A DNA stretch of 63,091 bases, the filler included, from Octopus bimaculoides (Eukaryota): NCBI RefSeq assembly GCF_001194135.2. It is 6 parts of 5 records of this genome, joined end to end, with 100 filler letters (N's around TTAATTAATTAA, not from the genome) between each part and the next. Parts side by side here need not be neighbours in the genome. Positions count along the whole stretch, not along the records: positions 40,631 to 55,171 come from NC_068981.1; positions 55,272 to 63,091 come from NC_068981.1; 4 more parts are not named here. The stretch is one strand, 5' to 3'. Position numbers and translations under genes: made by a program. Shown piece after piece: positions 52,234 through 63,091 of the stretch. A model generated the notes under the pieces. That model saw only the letters and a program-made list of their open reading frames with translations, was not told the origin of the DNA and did not search any database. Within the stretch, counting starts at the first letter, position 1; every line of letters begins with the position of its first letter.

Positions 52234-53645
52234 GTGAGTAGTTTTCCTTTGTAGTGTACATACTGGGCGTATTATGACATTTTCTTTCACTTAATGTTAA
52301 ACCCTCTGTTCTTATTGAAAACGATATTTGTTGTCTGAAAGAAATTTTACTTCTATTTCTAGTAGGTCAAGTGATGATGTAGAAGTTCTCTTTTTGGAAC
52401 GTGTTACACATTTTGTTCAAGAATAATTATTCTTATCGTCATAATCTCATCTTAGTATAATTCGTCATGTATCCAGGTCTATGTAACCTCGTCTTTCTGA
52501 GACAGTAGAATATTTATTTGAAGGTGATTTTGATATAGCCACATAGAGTCCGTCTTTAGGTTCGTGTTGCCTAAGTGTGTGTATATTAAAGATCCTGTGT
52601 GCATTTGTGTAGAGATGAGCTTTTGTGTTAATACGTAAAATATCTTCTGGCTGTATATTTTAAAAAAATATCGCGTTTGTGTCTATAGATTAATTCGATG
52701 TGCCTATAGATTAATTCGATAATAAAAATGGTTTTATTATCATGTACGATCACTGGTATGGACAAGTAAGACGTACCTTCTGGAAATGTATATTAAAATA
52801 CTATAGTGTCATGAAATACGTATCACAAAATCCATTGGATGAGGAAGGCTTTTCTCTAATCAATGTATTCATTCAGTGTCTTTCAAACTGAACAATGGGA
52901 AAAAGTGTAGGGGTCCATGAAATACGGTGCCTTTGTAAAACAAAAACAAAAAATGAATAAAAGTATAATTTATATAAAAAAAAAGAAAACGCTATTCATA
53001 ATTTTCAAAAATGACAAGTTTTGCATACTTTTTCTCCGATCAATTTCACTCGCTTCATTTAAGTCTTGTTCATTTAATGTATTAACAATATAGTGGCAAC
53101 AAGGATCGTTCGTAAAATATTGTATGACTCGACATTTTGGAAATGTCGTATAAAGTTTCCACAGTAAAATAAGTTTGAGAACCTCTGAAAGAGACGTCTT
53201 GCTGCTATATTTACAAGTACTCATACAACTACATATAGAATAGTTTTCTGCGTCATTTGATATTATCTAATTTAATATTGACGGGGCTACTTGTCAAACA
53301 ATGAATGATACCAATTATAATCGGCACTTTGAAGAGCATGTGTATACGTAAGCATGTTGCTCTTGTTAATTTGAGGAAAGATACTGAATTGATTCTTGTC
53401 TTTCATTCTTTAATTGCAATGTATTCTTAATGTTCCCATGATTGCAGCAGAACCAGTAATATCCCTCACTGCGTTTTTCACATTTTCTTTCCATGTTTCT
53501 TTCAGAATAAGTTAAGTTACATGTCACTGTTGTTGTTCTATTTGTTAAGGCTAAGCTCAACCTTGATCGAGTTACGATCAAGGACATTTCCGCCGAATGT
53601 ATGTATGTTATCAATCAGTTTCATTTCTGTATTTCTTGTCCATAG

Positions 53646-53711
53646 AGAAAGAGCCGGACTCTAACATAGATTCAAGGCTCCTTCATTGGAACTTTTATCA
53701 ACATCATCTAG
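53646..53711 (+). CDS. candidate exon 2 of the PAN-domain gene
   Basis: Acceptor tttcatttctgtatttcttgtccatag and donor AG|GTATTT. 66 nt, phase 1-1, open in the frame required by the PAN exon: (Q)KEPDSNIDSRLLHWNFYQHHL. Confidence 0.45.
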
Positions 53712-53813
53712 GTATTTGTGCATATGTGTGTGTGTGTGCAGTATTTGGTGTTAGTGTATGCGTAGATTTGTATGTTTGTTTTATGGATGCGTTTTAGATG
53801 CATGCATATGTAT

Positions 53814-54560
53814 TTATGTGCTAAATTTTTGGAAAGTTTTACATATCTTTACAGTTCCATTGATGGCTTGAATCTGTAGTCTTCTAATCAGCCTTTTTAT
53901 TTCAGGTTTTGAGAACCCCAATTTTTCCAGGTTTTTGTTGAGGCAGTNNNNNNNNNNNNNNNNNNNNNNNNNNNNNNNNNNNNNNNNNNNNNNNNNNNNN
54001 NNNNNNNNNNNNNNNNNNNNNNNNNNNNNNNNNNNNNNNNNNNNNNNNNNNNNNNNNNNNNNNNNNNNNNNNNNNNNNNNNNNNNNNNNNNNNNNNNNNN
54101 NNNNNNNNNNNNNNNNNNNNNNNNNNNNNNNNNNNNNNNNNNNNNNNNNNNNNNNNNNNNNNNNNNNNNNNNNNNNNNNNNNNNNNNNNNNNNNNNNNNN
54201 NNNNNNNNNNNNNNNNNNNNNNNNNNNNNNNNNNNNNNNNNNNNNNNNNNNNNNNNNNNNNNNNNNNNNNNNNNNNNNNNNNNNNNNNNNNNNNNNNNNN
54301 NNNNNNNNNNNNNNNNNNNNNNNNNNNNNNNNNNNNNNNNNTGAGGTTTTTATTGGGACATTCCACCAATACTCTTTCATATTGTGAGTGGTAATGGCCT
54401 CTACCTCATTATGGGTTTTCATCTCCTTAGCCCCGGGGTTATCCTGTCGGCGGATTTCATTGTACAGTGTCTTGGCCACAACATCATGTCTCATAGGTAG
54501 GTAATACCGTGATGACATTTTTGGACAGCTGCTAATGATGTGGGTGATATCTTCGATACT
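53814..54560 (-). mobile_element. R4/Dong LINE 3' coding end (spans a gap)
   Basis: 'EDITHIISSCPKMSSRYYLPMRHDVVAKTLYN...EYWWNVPIKT' and 'LQIQAINGTVKICKTFQKF..*'. Confidence 0.88.
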
Positions 54561-55114
54561 GATTCCACAGAGTCTGCATCAATTATTACATTGTGGCGCT
54601 TTGCCCCGCCTCTCTGTCCCGTTTGTTTATTAGGAATTTGGTATGTATGTATGTATGTATGTATGTGTGTATGTATGTATGTATGTATGTATGTATCTCT
54701 ATCTATTTATCTATATATTTATTTACTCACCTACATACATGCTCATTGCATGTATGTATGTATGTAAGTATATGTATGGACGTGAGTATGTATGTATGTA
54801 TATATGTATGTATGCATGTATGCATGTAAGTATTATGTTCAGTGTGCACATTCAAAAACCCTGTCGTTATCGCAGTTCGTATGTCATATTCCTACCGTAT
54901 TTCTCTTCCCCCCTCTCTCTCTTTCTCTTTTATCTCTGCCTTTCTTGTATCCTGCTCATAAACTCTTCTTCATTAATATCTTATCTCATTAACTCCCGTC
55001 GCACGTTTTTTCCGACTTTATTTCTAGTCCTACGAAAGGAACGCCTCAGTTTGAGATCGGGAAAATAACATCATAGCGACTAATCAAAAGATTTGATATC
55101 ATTACGTACAAGTA

Positions 55115-55171
<57 letters not shown>

Positions 55172-55289
55172 NNNNNNNNNNNNNNNNNNNNNNNNNNNNN
55201 NNNNNNNNNNNNNNNTTAATTAATTAANNNNNNNNNNNNNNNNNNNNNNNNNNNNNNNNNNNNNNNNNNNNATATATATATATATATAT

Positions 55290-55640
55290 AGGCGCAGGAG
55301 TGGCTGTGTGGTAAGTAGCTTTCTTTACAATAAGCTCAGGTCGACTAGTGAGTGCCTTGTTAGTGGATTTGGTATACAGAAATTGTGAGGAAGCTCGCTG
55401 TGTATAAGTACGTGTGTGCTTTTTTCCTGTTTGCAGCCCTACCATCATCTCTTGACAATTGGCATTAGTTTGTTTACATTATCATAATCTAGTAGTTCGA
55501 CTAAAGAAATCGATAGAATAGGTATCAGACTTGTAAAGAAAATAAGTATTGCGGGCGATTTGTTCGACTAAACCTTCGAAGTGGTACCCGTAACATGGCT
55601 GCAGCCCGATGAGTGAAACAAGTGGAAGATAAAAGATACT
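55290..55640 (+). mobile_element. SINE family B (CORE-like)
   Basis: GGCGCAGGAGTGGCTGTGTGGTAAGTAGCTT head, with the tail present. Confidence 0.8.
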
Positions 55641-55669
55641 ACCTTAACTTACAATCAGTAAATAATTCT

Positions 55670-56650
55670 TTCTAATTTCGGAACAAAGCTAGCAATTTTG
55701 AAGGGGAGGGGTTTAATCGATTACGTCGATACAAATGTTCATCTGGTACTTATTTTATGGTCTCCGAAAGGATGAAAGGCAAAGTCAACCTCTTTAGGAA
55801 GTTAAGAGGCGGAAGAAATGCCGCTAAGCATTTTTACCAACACCTTAATGATTCTACCAGGCCACCACCTTACTTTCCGTAACTAATATCAATTTCTTTT
55901 TAACTCGGTAGATGTTAACATTTGTTAGAGAAGAAAGTTAATTGACTGAATTCCACCGATATCAACTTTACCTTTAATGCTCTGGAGGTCGATAAAATAA
56001 ATATCAGTTGAGCAGTGGAGTCAATGAAATCGAGTAACCCTGTTCCCCTAAAACCGCCCTTGTACCAAAATCTGAAACCATTACTAAGGTGGTGAAGTCA
56101 ATTACGCCACTCCTCTCTTTCAGGAATTGATAAAGTAAGTACCATTTGAGCACCGGGGCCCATATAAACGACCCGCCACCTTGTCCAAAATTTCAAACCT
56201 TATGTCTACAGTAGAAAGAACATATTTTGAAGGCGATGAGCTGGCAGAATTGATAGCACCTCGGACAAAATGCTTAGCGGCATTTTGTCCGTCTTTGCGT
56301 TCTGAGTTCAAATTCAGCCGAGGTCGATTTTGCCCTTCATCTTGTTTGGGTCGATGAAATAAGTACCAGTTGAATACTGGGTCGATGTAAATCGACTTAC
56401 CCCTTCCAAAATTTGAAACCATTATTAAGGCGGCGAACTGACAAAATTGCTAGGGCGTCGGACAAAACACTTGGCGGCATTTCTTCCGGCTCATTAAGTT
56501 CCGAACTCAAATACCACCGAGGTCAACTTTGCATTTCACCCCTCCGATGGAGGTAGGGGGCGATGAAATAAAGTACTAGTCAACTACTGGTCGAGATAAT
56601 CGACTATCTCACTCCGCACAAATTGCTGGCCTTCTGCTAAAATTTGAAAC
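55670..56650. mobile_element. cluster of five SINE family A copies
   Basis: One minus copy (~55670-55871), two partial plus copies (~55945-56085, ~56105-56200) and two full plus copies (~56229-56424, ~56427-56650). Confidence 0.85.
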
Positions 56651-57166
56651 TATTATTTAATCGACTCTAGCAAAATTCCAACTCAGAAAGCAAAAATGTA
56701 AAGTAGTTACAGTAAAGCTACTAATCTGGTGCCGTATTTATTCAGCCATCTCCATAGCTCTATCAATATAACATGAAACATATGAGCAAATTGTGTTAAT
56801 TATCACCCATCACCACTCCGTCCACTTAACTGCTAAATAAACTTCTTTTACTGTAGCATACAGGATGTGTAATGTTAGATAGTTCTACAGCCATATAATT
56901 GGTCACTTACAGCATTAGGACACAGCAATCTTTCAAAACCTCTTGTAAACTTGCATTCCTCCCGACCTACCCCATTCAGTAACATCCAGCATAAGAAGAG
57001 CATTTGAAATGATTTTTAAATAAAGAATTGACTGCTTCTCAATATCTTAAAACGAAACACTAATTCCTTTCTATGTATCTGCTACTTATTTGCAAAACAA
57101 TATATTGATTCAAGCTGCTAACTAGTCCAACAATATTGCTTTTTCTTGTATTTGTTGCTCCATTCT

Positions 57167-57224
<58 letters not shown>

Positions 57225-57347
57225 GCGAGTAAAAATAAATACAAAAAAGGGGGGTTTTTTGTATGATTGTGTATAGAGGAATATATTATTTTGTTTAAAA
57301 GAGTTCCAACACTGTCTGTTTTTTATGTTTTATTTATATTCCTGCAG

Positions 57348-57388
57348 AACCAATGTGGGATATAGAATATGGAATATACAATATATAA
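57348..57388 (+). CDS. weak candidate terminal exon of the PAN-domain gene
   Basis: Strong acceptor ttttttatgtttttatttatattcctgcag. The phase-1 frame gives EPMWDIEYGIYNI*, with AATAAA downstream. It lies inside a PLE-like repeat, so it may be coincidental. Confidence 0.2.
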
Positions 57389-57509
57389 TATAATATACAA
57401 TATATAATATAAAATAAAATAAAAATGGATGGCACCATGAAATAAAGTATTGAATGTAGATGAAATATTGAGTGTTCAATATAAAGGATCAAATATATAA
57501 ATATATAAA

Positions 57510-57550
57510 GACGACTCGAGTTTCAGGGTTATTTCCCTTCGTCATGGCCG
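57510..57550 (-). ncRNA. degenerate hammerhead motif in a PLE-like tail
   Basis: GCC-AUGACGA-AGGG AAAUAA CCCU-GAAAC-UCGA-GUC^GUC. C3 is mutated and stem I is imperfect; palindromic stem III ACUCGAGU. Confidence 0.45.
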
Positions 57551-57990
57551 GTATGACAGACTTTAACAGATATACACGAGTGGCTGTGTGCTGAGTAGCT
57601 TGCTTACCAGCAACATGGTTCCGGCCTTTGCCATCCCTGAAATTGTTATGTAGCTTATAATAGATATTATTAGAAAACAAGATGGCAACTCCTCTTGACT
57701 GCCCATTATTACTACTAAATAGTGCCTCACTACCATCACCACTACTCCCACCCACACCACAAATAGCATGTAAATTATATAAATATAAGAATGAATTGTA
57801 TAGTGGTTTTGTATGTCTTCTGTATACAAAATAATGTATCCCTCTATACACAATCATACAAAAAAAACCCTTTTTTGTATTTATTTTTACNNNNNNNNNN
57901 NNNNNNNNNNNNNNNNNNNNNNNNNNNNNNNNNNNNNNNNNNNNNNNNNNNNNNNNNNNNNNNNNNNNNNNNNNNNNNNNNNNNNNNNNN

Positions 57991-58795
57991 TTTCTACAGC
58001 TGGATGCCCTTCGTAACGCCAACCACTCCGAGAGTGTAGTTGGTGCTTTTACGTGACACCGGCACGAAGGCCATTCAGGCGGTACTGGCAACGGCCACGC
58101 TCGAAATAGTACATTTTACGTGTCACCTGCACAGGAGCCAGTCCATCGGCACTAGCAACGATCTCGCTCGAATATCTTTTCGCGTGCCACTGGCACAAGT
58201 GCCAGGAAGGCGACGTTGGTAACGATCACGCTGGTGCTATTTACGTGCCACCGGCACGGAAACCAGATAGCTGCTCTGGCAACGATCACGCTCGGACGGT
58301 GTTCTTAGTGCTCCACTGGTACAGGTGCTATCACGATTTCGCTTTCGCTTGCCCCCAACAGGTCTTCGCAAGTCGAATTTAGTGTCCAATGAAGGAATGT
58401 TACGCGTAAGTGGGCTGGCTACATCGCTGGCAGAGGCCTTGGATCTTGGTTTCACTTGGCTTTCTGAGTCTTCTCACGCACAGCATATTTCCAAAGGTCT
58501 CGGTCACAAGTCATTGCCTCGGTGAGGCCTAATGTTCGGAGGTCGTGCTTCACCACCTCATCCCAGGTCTTCTTAGGCCTGCCTCTTCCACGGGTTCCCT
58601 CAACCGCTAGGGTGTGACACTTTTTCACGCAGCTATCCTCATCCATTCTCGCCACATGTCCATACCAGTGCAATCGTTTCTCTTGCACATCACAATTGAT
58701 GCTTCTTAGGTTCAACTTTTCTCTCAAGATACTTACACTCTGTCGGGTATGCACACTGATATTACTCATCCATCGGAGCATACTGGCTTCATTGC
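57991..58795 (-). mobile_element. 5'-truncated RTE LINE
   Basis: 'NEASMLRWMSNISV...RLHWYGHVARMDEDSCVKKC...GRGRPKKTW...REKTQKAK*' (58452-58790) plus the 3'UTR. Confidence 0.92.
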
Positions 58796-58799
58796 TTGC

Positions 58800-59631
58800 G
58801 TTTTTGTCTACGTTTTGTCTGCAACATCCTGTACCCAGATATGCACCTATATATACAGGTAGATGTAGGTATGCACATACTTGTACGTATATATGCATAT
58901 ACTCATTTATTATTTGTTTTACGTGATCGAACGCACGCGTCATCCCAGCAAGTAAGTTTTGAACTTTATATTTTCTGACGCGACTCTATCTATCTCTATA
59001 TCTTTTCCCCCCTCTCGTTCTTCCTTCTGTTACTACTATATCTCTCTCTTTCCCCCAATCATTCTTCCTTCTGTTACTACTATATCTCTCTCTTCCTCTC
59101 TTTCTCTCGTTGCTCACCTATTTTTTACTTCCTCCCCTTGTCTCTCCCTCTACCACTCTTTCTCCTTACCCCTCGCTGGTCACATGTATCCAGTTACTAA
59201 TTCTTTTCTTCCTTGGCTATCGCCAAGCAAACATACGAACCTACTTCGTCCCGCTTCTGTCCAGTTCATTGCTTCACAGCGTTCAATATACACGTAATTT
59301 TTCACGTCTGGCCGTATAGCCTTTTCCGTTTGTTTTCCTGTCTTGTTTTCTGTCCGCCACTATATTCCTCTATGGTACAAATTTAATTTGTGGTCCGTGG
59401 GAAGAGCCATTTTAACGATGCGTCCTACCCTAACTCTTCGAAACGCCTGTGTTAGAATGGTGGCAGCTGATGAAGGAAAATGTTCTCCATGTGGCCTGTG
59501 TGTTTTCTGTACTCTGGTTATTATTATTTTTTTTGTCTACGTTTTGTTTGCAACGTCCTGTACCCAGATATGCACCTATATATACAGGTAGATGTAGGTA
59601 TGCACATACTTGTACGTATATATGCATATAC
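58800..59631 (+). mobile_element. non-coding repeat with ~100-bp terminal direct repeat (PLE pLTR-like)
   Basis: 58801-58901 is repeated with a few substitutions at ~59531-59631. Pyrimidine-rich body, with degenerate CTGATGA and GAAAC motifs at ~59395-59490. Confidence 0.45.
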
Positions 59632-59834
59632 NNNNNNNNNNNNNNNNNNNNNNNNNNNNNNNNNNNNNNNNNNNNNNNNNNNNNNNNNNNNNNNNNNNNN
59701 NNNNNNNNNNNNNNNNNNNNNNNNNNNNNNNNNNNNNNNNNNNNNNNNNNNNNNNNNNNNNNNNNNNNNNNNNNNNNNNNNNNNNNNNNNNNNNNNNNNN
59801 NNNNNNNNNNNNNNNNNNNNNNNNNNNNNNNNNN

Positions 59835-59872
<38 letters not shown>

Positions 59873-59874
<2 letters not shown>

Positions 59875-60036
59875 GTGCAGGCGTGGCTATGTTGTAAAAA
59901 GCTTGCTTCCCAACCACATAGTTCCTGGCTCAGACTTACTGCGTGGCACCTTGGCAAGTGTCTCCTACTTTAGCTTCGGGCTGACCAAAGCCTTGTGAGT
60001 GGATTTGGTAGACGGAAACATACAGACAGACACACA

Positions 60037-60097
<61 letters not shown>

Positions 60098-60315
60098 CTG
60101 TGATTATCCCCACCACCATCTCTTGATAACTGATTATGGTGGGTGTCTTTACCTCCCCGTAATCTACCGGTTAAAGAAAAGAGACCGATAGAATAAGAAT
60201 TAGGCTTACAAAGAATAAGTCCTGGGGTCGATTTGTTCGACTAAAGGCGGTGATGCAGCATGGCCGCAGTCAAATGACTGAAATGAAAGAATAAAAGAAT
60301 AAAAGAAAAGAATAA
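59873..60315 (+). mobile_element. SINE family B (CORE-like)
   Basis: Head, CACCTTGGCAAGTGTC core, internal (TG)n and (GAATAAAA)n tail. Confidence 0.88.
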
Positions 60316-60956
60316 ATATATATTAAAATGAAGATTAAATTAATCAAAACTTCATTGAAATTTCCATTCACTTGTTACTTACGCCCCATTTTGAAGTGCC
60401 ACGCTTCATCAAAATTTTGTTTCGCTTCAACTTGAGGGACGCTAGAATCTCTGCTGTAGAACTTAACCCTTACCTCTAAGCTTGACTTTTGCCCTAATAC
60501 CAAACCACAACCCTTTTACGATTTTACAAAAATCTTTCCATAACTTCAGTTTTTCCTTACGGCTGTGGTTGCCCAGTGTATAACTCTACTCTACATTTAT
60601 ATGTATATATCTGTATGCCTATTTTGTTTTCATTCACAAAAGGCTATATATTTATTTGTATATATTATTTCTATTTTTTTGTATAAGTCATGTCCTTTTG
60701 TATGTATGTATGTATGTATGTATGTATGACTGTTAATGCATGTATGGGTGTGTCTGTTTTCGAATGATTTTTTCAGTCATATATTTCTTTATATGTGCAT
60801 GTCGCCTTTATACATATGCATATTTGTTATTTTGAATGTTATTTTGTGTATATGTGTCTTTATACAAAATTTGTATTCATAAGTGTGAGCATTCTTATTG
60901 TCCCAAATTTTTTTATTGCTTGCATATGTCATGTGTTTCTTATTATGTTAGCATAT

Positions 60957-61103
60957 TTATGAGGAGGTGCTGAAAAGTTCCCGGTTCTGGGTCAAAGAGA
61001 ATACAGGTGGATCAGTTAATGATTAACTTATTACCCTCTCAGGTTCACACACTTATTGCAGCGATCCTTCTGTTTTACTAAACCTGTAAAAGAACTCGGA
61101 GGG

Positions 61104-61105
<2 letters not shown>
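60957..61105 (+). mobile_element. mariner-type left end fragment
   Basis: TA-TGAGGAGGTGCTGAAAAGTTCC is a TIR-like start of the Hsmar2/irritans type. Confidence 0.55.
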
Positions 61106-61169
<64 letters not shown>

Positions 61170-61970
61170 TATTAATGTTTTATAAGAAAAAGTTTGACAG
61201 TGACTTCGAAGTTTCGGCTTACTATTTTATATAGTTTTTGGGTCTTCCTTTGGTAAATGGGGTTAATGTAAATGACAATTCGGTGTGGTACAGGGAGATA
61301 AGAGAATTGGAAAATTAGGATGGAAGGAAGAAGACAGGTGGGGCAAAGTGTGTGTATATATACATAAAAAAGAGATGGTATGTAAAATAAAAATATATAT
61401 CCACGATAATTACGAGCCAGTTAATAGATGGTCGTTAAACTCCAACACGTTATAACATTGCCGTAAATCAAGATGGAAAAAGCTTGCATGTACATGCATA
61501 ATCAATTAAAGCGATCTTTAAGGACAACGTATATTTAGAATAAAAAAGCAGAGAAGCGCACATTTCACAGATAGTTTCTCATTCAATAACTTTCAACGGC
61601 TGTTTCATTAGGAATAGACTTCGTTAATTCCATAATTACATAATTAAGATACATAATTAACATAAGTTAATTAAAATTGAATTATAAGATAAGTGCATGG
61701 GTTGATAGAAATAGATGGTGGAAACCATCATTCTTGTTTGATAGTGGTCTGCTATATTTAAGGTTCAGTAAGGCGTGTAGGTAAAGGAGAAATTAGATGT
61801 GTCATATTGTGTTCCCAATTTCTGTTGCTTGAAGTGTTTTTGCTACCAGTCAAAATTTTTGCAGATGATTACGATTTTGCTCTATTTCATTTCAGAGTTC
61901 ACAAACGGTTCGATTTGTTATACAGCATGTGCGGCTGAGTAGTTTTGTGTGCTAGGTTATGCATGCATCT
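61170..61970 (-). mobile_element. decayed Penelope-like 3' region
   Basis: AT-rich pLTR-like sequence with degenerate hammerhead pieces (GCCGAAAC-UUCGAA-GUC at ~61205-61225; CUAAUGA...GAAAC at ~61570-61615). Confidence 0.35.
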
Positions 61971-61989
61971 GTACAAAAGTTAATTTATA

Positions 61990-62140
61990 TGCGCAGGAGA
62001 GAGAAGTTTGCTTCGCAACATGGTTCCGAGTTCAGTCCCACTGCATGGAACCTTGGGCAAGTGTCTTCTATAGCCTCAGGTCGACCAAAGCCCTGTGAGT
62101 GGATTTGGTAGACTCAAACTGAAAGAAAACCGTCTAATTT
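61990..62140 (+). mobile_element. SINE family B, 5' part
   Basis: GTTCAGTCCCACTGC..CCTTGGGCAAGTGTCTTC..GGATTTGGTAGAC. Confidence 0.85.
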
Positions 62141-62159
62141 ATATATATATAAATAATAC

Positions 62160-62900
62160 AAAATGGGACAAGAGTGCAAATCATCCAGACAGTTAGGTGA
62201 TACAAGAGACAACAAAATATCCAGATAGACGATACAAAGAAAATAAGGACAGGTCATTCGGAGTTTTCTTTCCTCAGTCGAGATCCAGTTTATCGTTGCA
62301 ATTTCGGCTGGTTATTTTCGATATTGCTCCAATCTGGCCAGCCCCAAGGAAAAACTAAGCTAAGAGCATTAGACTCCTTGGAAGAAAGCAGCGAATGTAT
62401 ACAAAAAAAAGGACGGAAAAAAACGAACAATGTTACACAAATACAATAAAAATAAAAATAATAACAGGACATAACAACAGATGTCTTTCGACTAAGGACG
62501 AATTAAATTAAGCTGGCGTGTGTGGAAATAAGGCCTTACGGCAGTGATACAAGATTTCACAGGCACAGGGAGGAATATTGATATTGCACGCACAACAGCC
62601 GGCCAAGAAAGAAAGATCGGGCTTGGCCGAACGCCGGTCACGTGGGAAGAGAAGAGAGAGAGAGAGGTAGAGGCAGAGGGACAAAGGAATTAAGGAGGGG
62701 CGAGAAAAAATGACAGGGACACAGTAAAGTGAAAAGTGGAGGAAAAGTGAGCAACAAGAGAAGGCAAGGAAATGTGAGTGAGTGGGGAGACGAAAGAACG
62801 AAGAATGGAAGGAACGAATAAGGGTGAAGAGGCTGATAGACAGAAAAAGAGTCGTACAAGATTTGGAAAAATGTATACTTACATATAAGAGACAAAGTGT
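62160..62900 (-). mobile_element. Penelope-like pLTR/3'UTR, inverted relative to the adjacent RT fragment
   Basis: Homologous to 23373-23860; pyrimidine-rich on the minus strand; abuts the RT fragment. Confidence 0.7.
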
Positions 62901-62905
62901 ACGTA

Positions 62906-63091
62906 CGCCGACCCCTCCGGGCCAATCTCACCCGGGCCGAATCGGTCGCCCTCCGCAATCTCCGCCGCCGCGACGACATCGTCATCAAGCCGGCGGACAA
63001 AGGTGGAGCAGTGGTGGTGTGGCGCGCGGACCTTTACAAGGGGGAAGCGCTCAGCCAGCTTCACAATCCCCTCTTCTACCGCCTCCTCCCC
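62906..63091 (+). mobile_element. Penelope-like reverse transcriptase fragment (runs off the window)
   Basis: Open GC-rich frame RRPLRANLTRAESVALRNLRRRDDIVIKPADKGGAVVVWRADLYKGEALSQLHNPLFYRLLP, containing the diagnostic PLE 'IVIKPADKG' motif. Confidence 0.92.

Noticed and set aside
53505-53598. Signal-peptide-like MSLLLFYLLRLSSTL segment with a donor at 53599
   Set aside because: It would need a 47-nt intron to reach the next acceptor, and it gives an immediate stop when spliced from the PAN exon.
62240-62300. CUGAGGA...CUCCGAA hammerhead-like motif on the minus strand
   Set aside because: GAAA is replaced by GAAU and no stem I pairing was found.

Overview
AT-rich, repeat-saturated animal genomic DNA from a gapped draft assembly. 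It is most consistent with an octopus (cephalopod), judged from the SINE families and microsatellite load; this is an inference, not a database match. Almost all ORF-track entries are microsatellite, gap or decayed-transposon artefacts. Recognisable content: R4/Dong, RTE and CR1/Jockey-group LINE remnants; three mariner remnants; a Chapaev3-like transposon with intact ends; a foldback MITE; about 25 tRNA-derived SINE copies; several Penelope-like element (PLE) pieces; and one convincing host exon encoding a PAN/Apple domain behind a hydrophobic N-terminus (51879-52233, +), with weaker downstream exon candidates. The most striking unannotated structure is a set of minimal type I hammerhead ribozyme motifs. 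Two sit in a head-to-head palindromic 'tRNA head-(TAA)n-hammerhead tail' retroposon dimer flanked by an apparent target-site duplication (31807-32375). Three different ones lie in tandem on one strand (37370-38294), and one intact solo motif is at 30519-30603. A TSD-flanked, ORF1-only retroelement is nested in a mariner (47966-49416). All folds, alignments and family assignments were done by eye, and many element boundaries are approximate.
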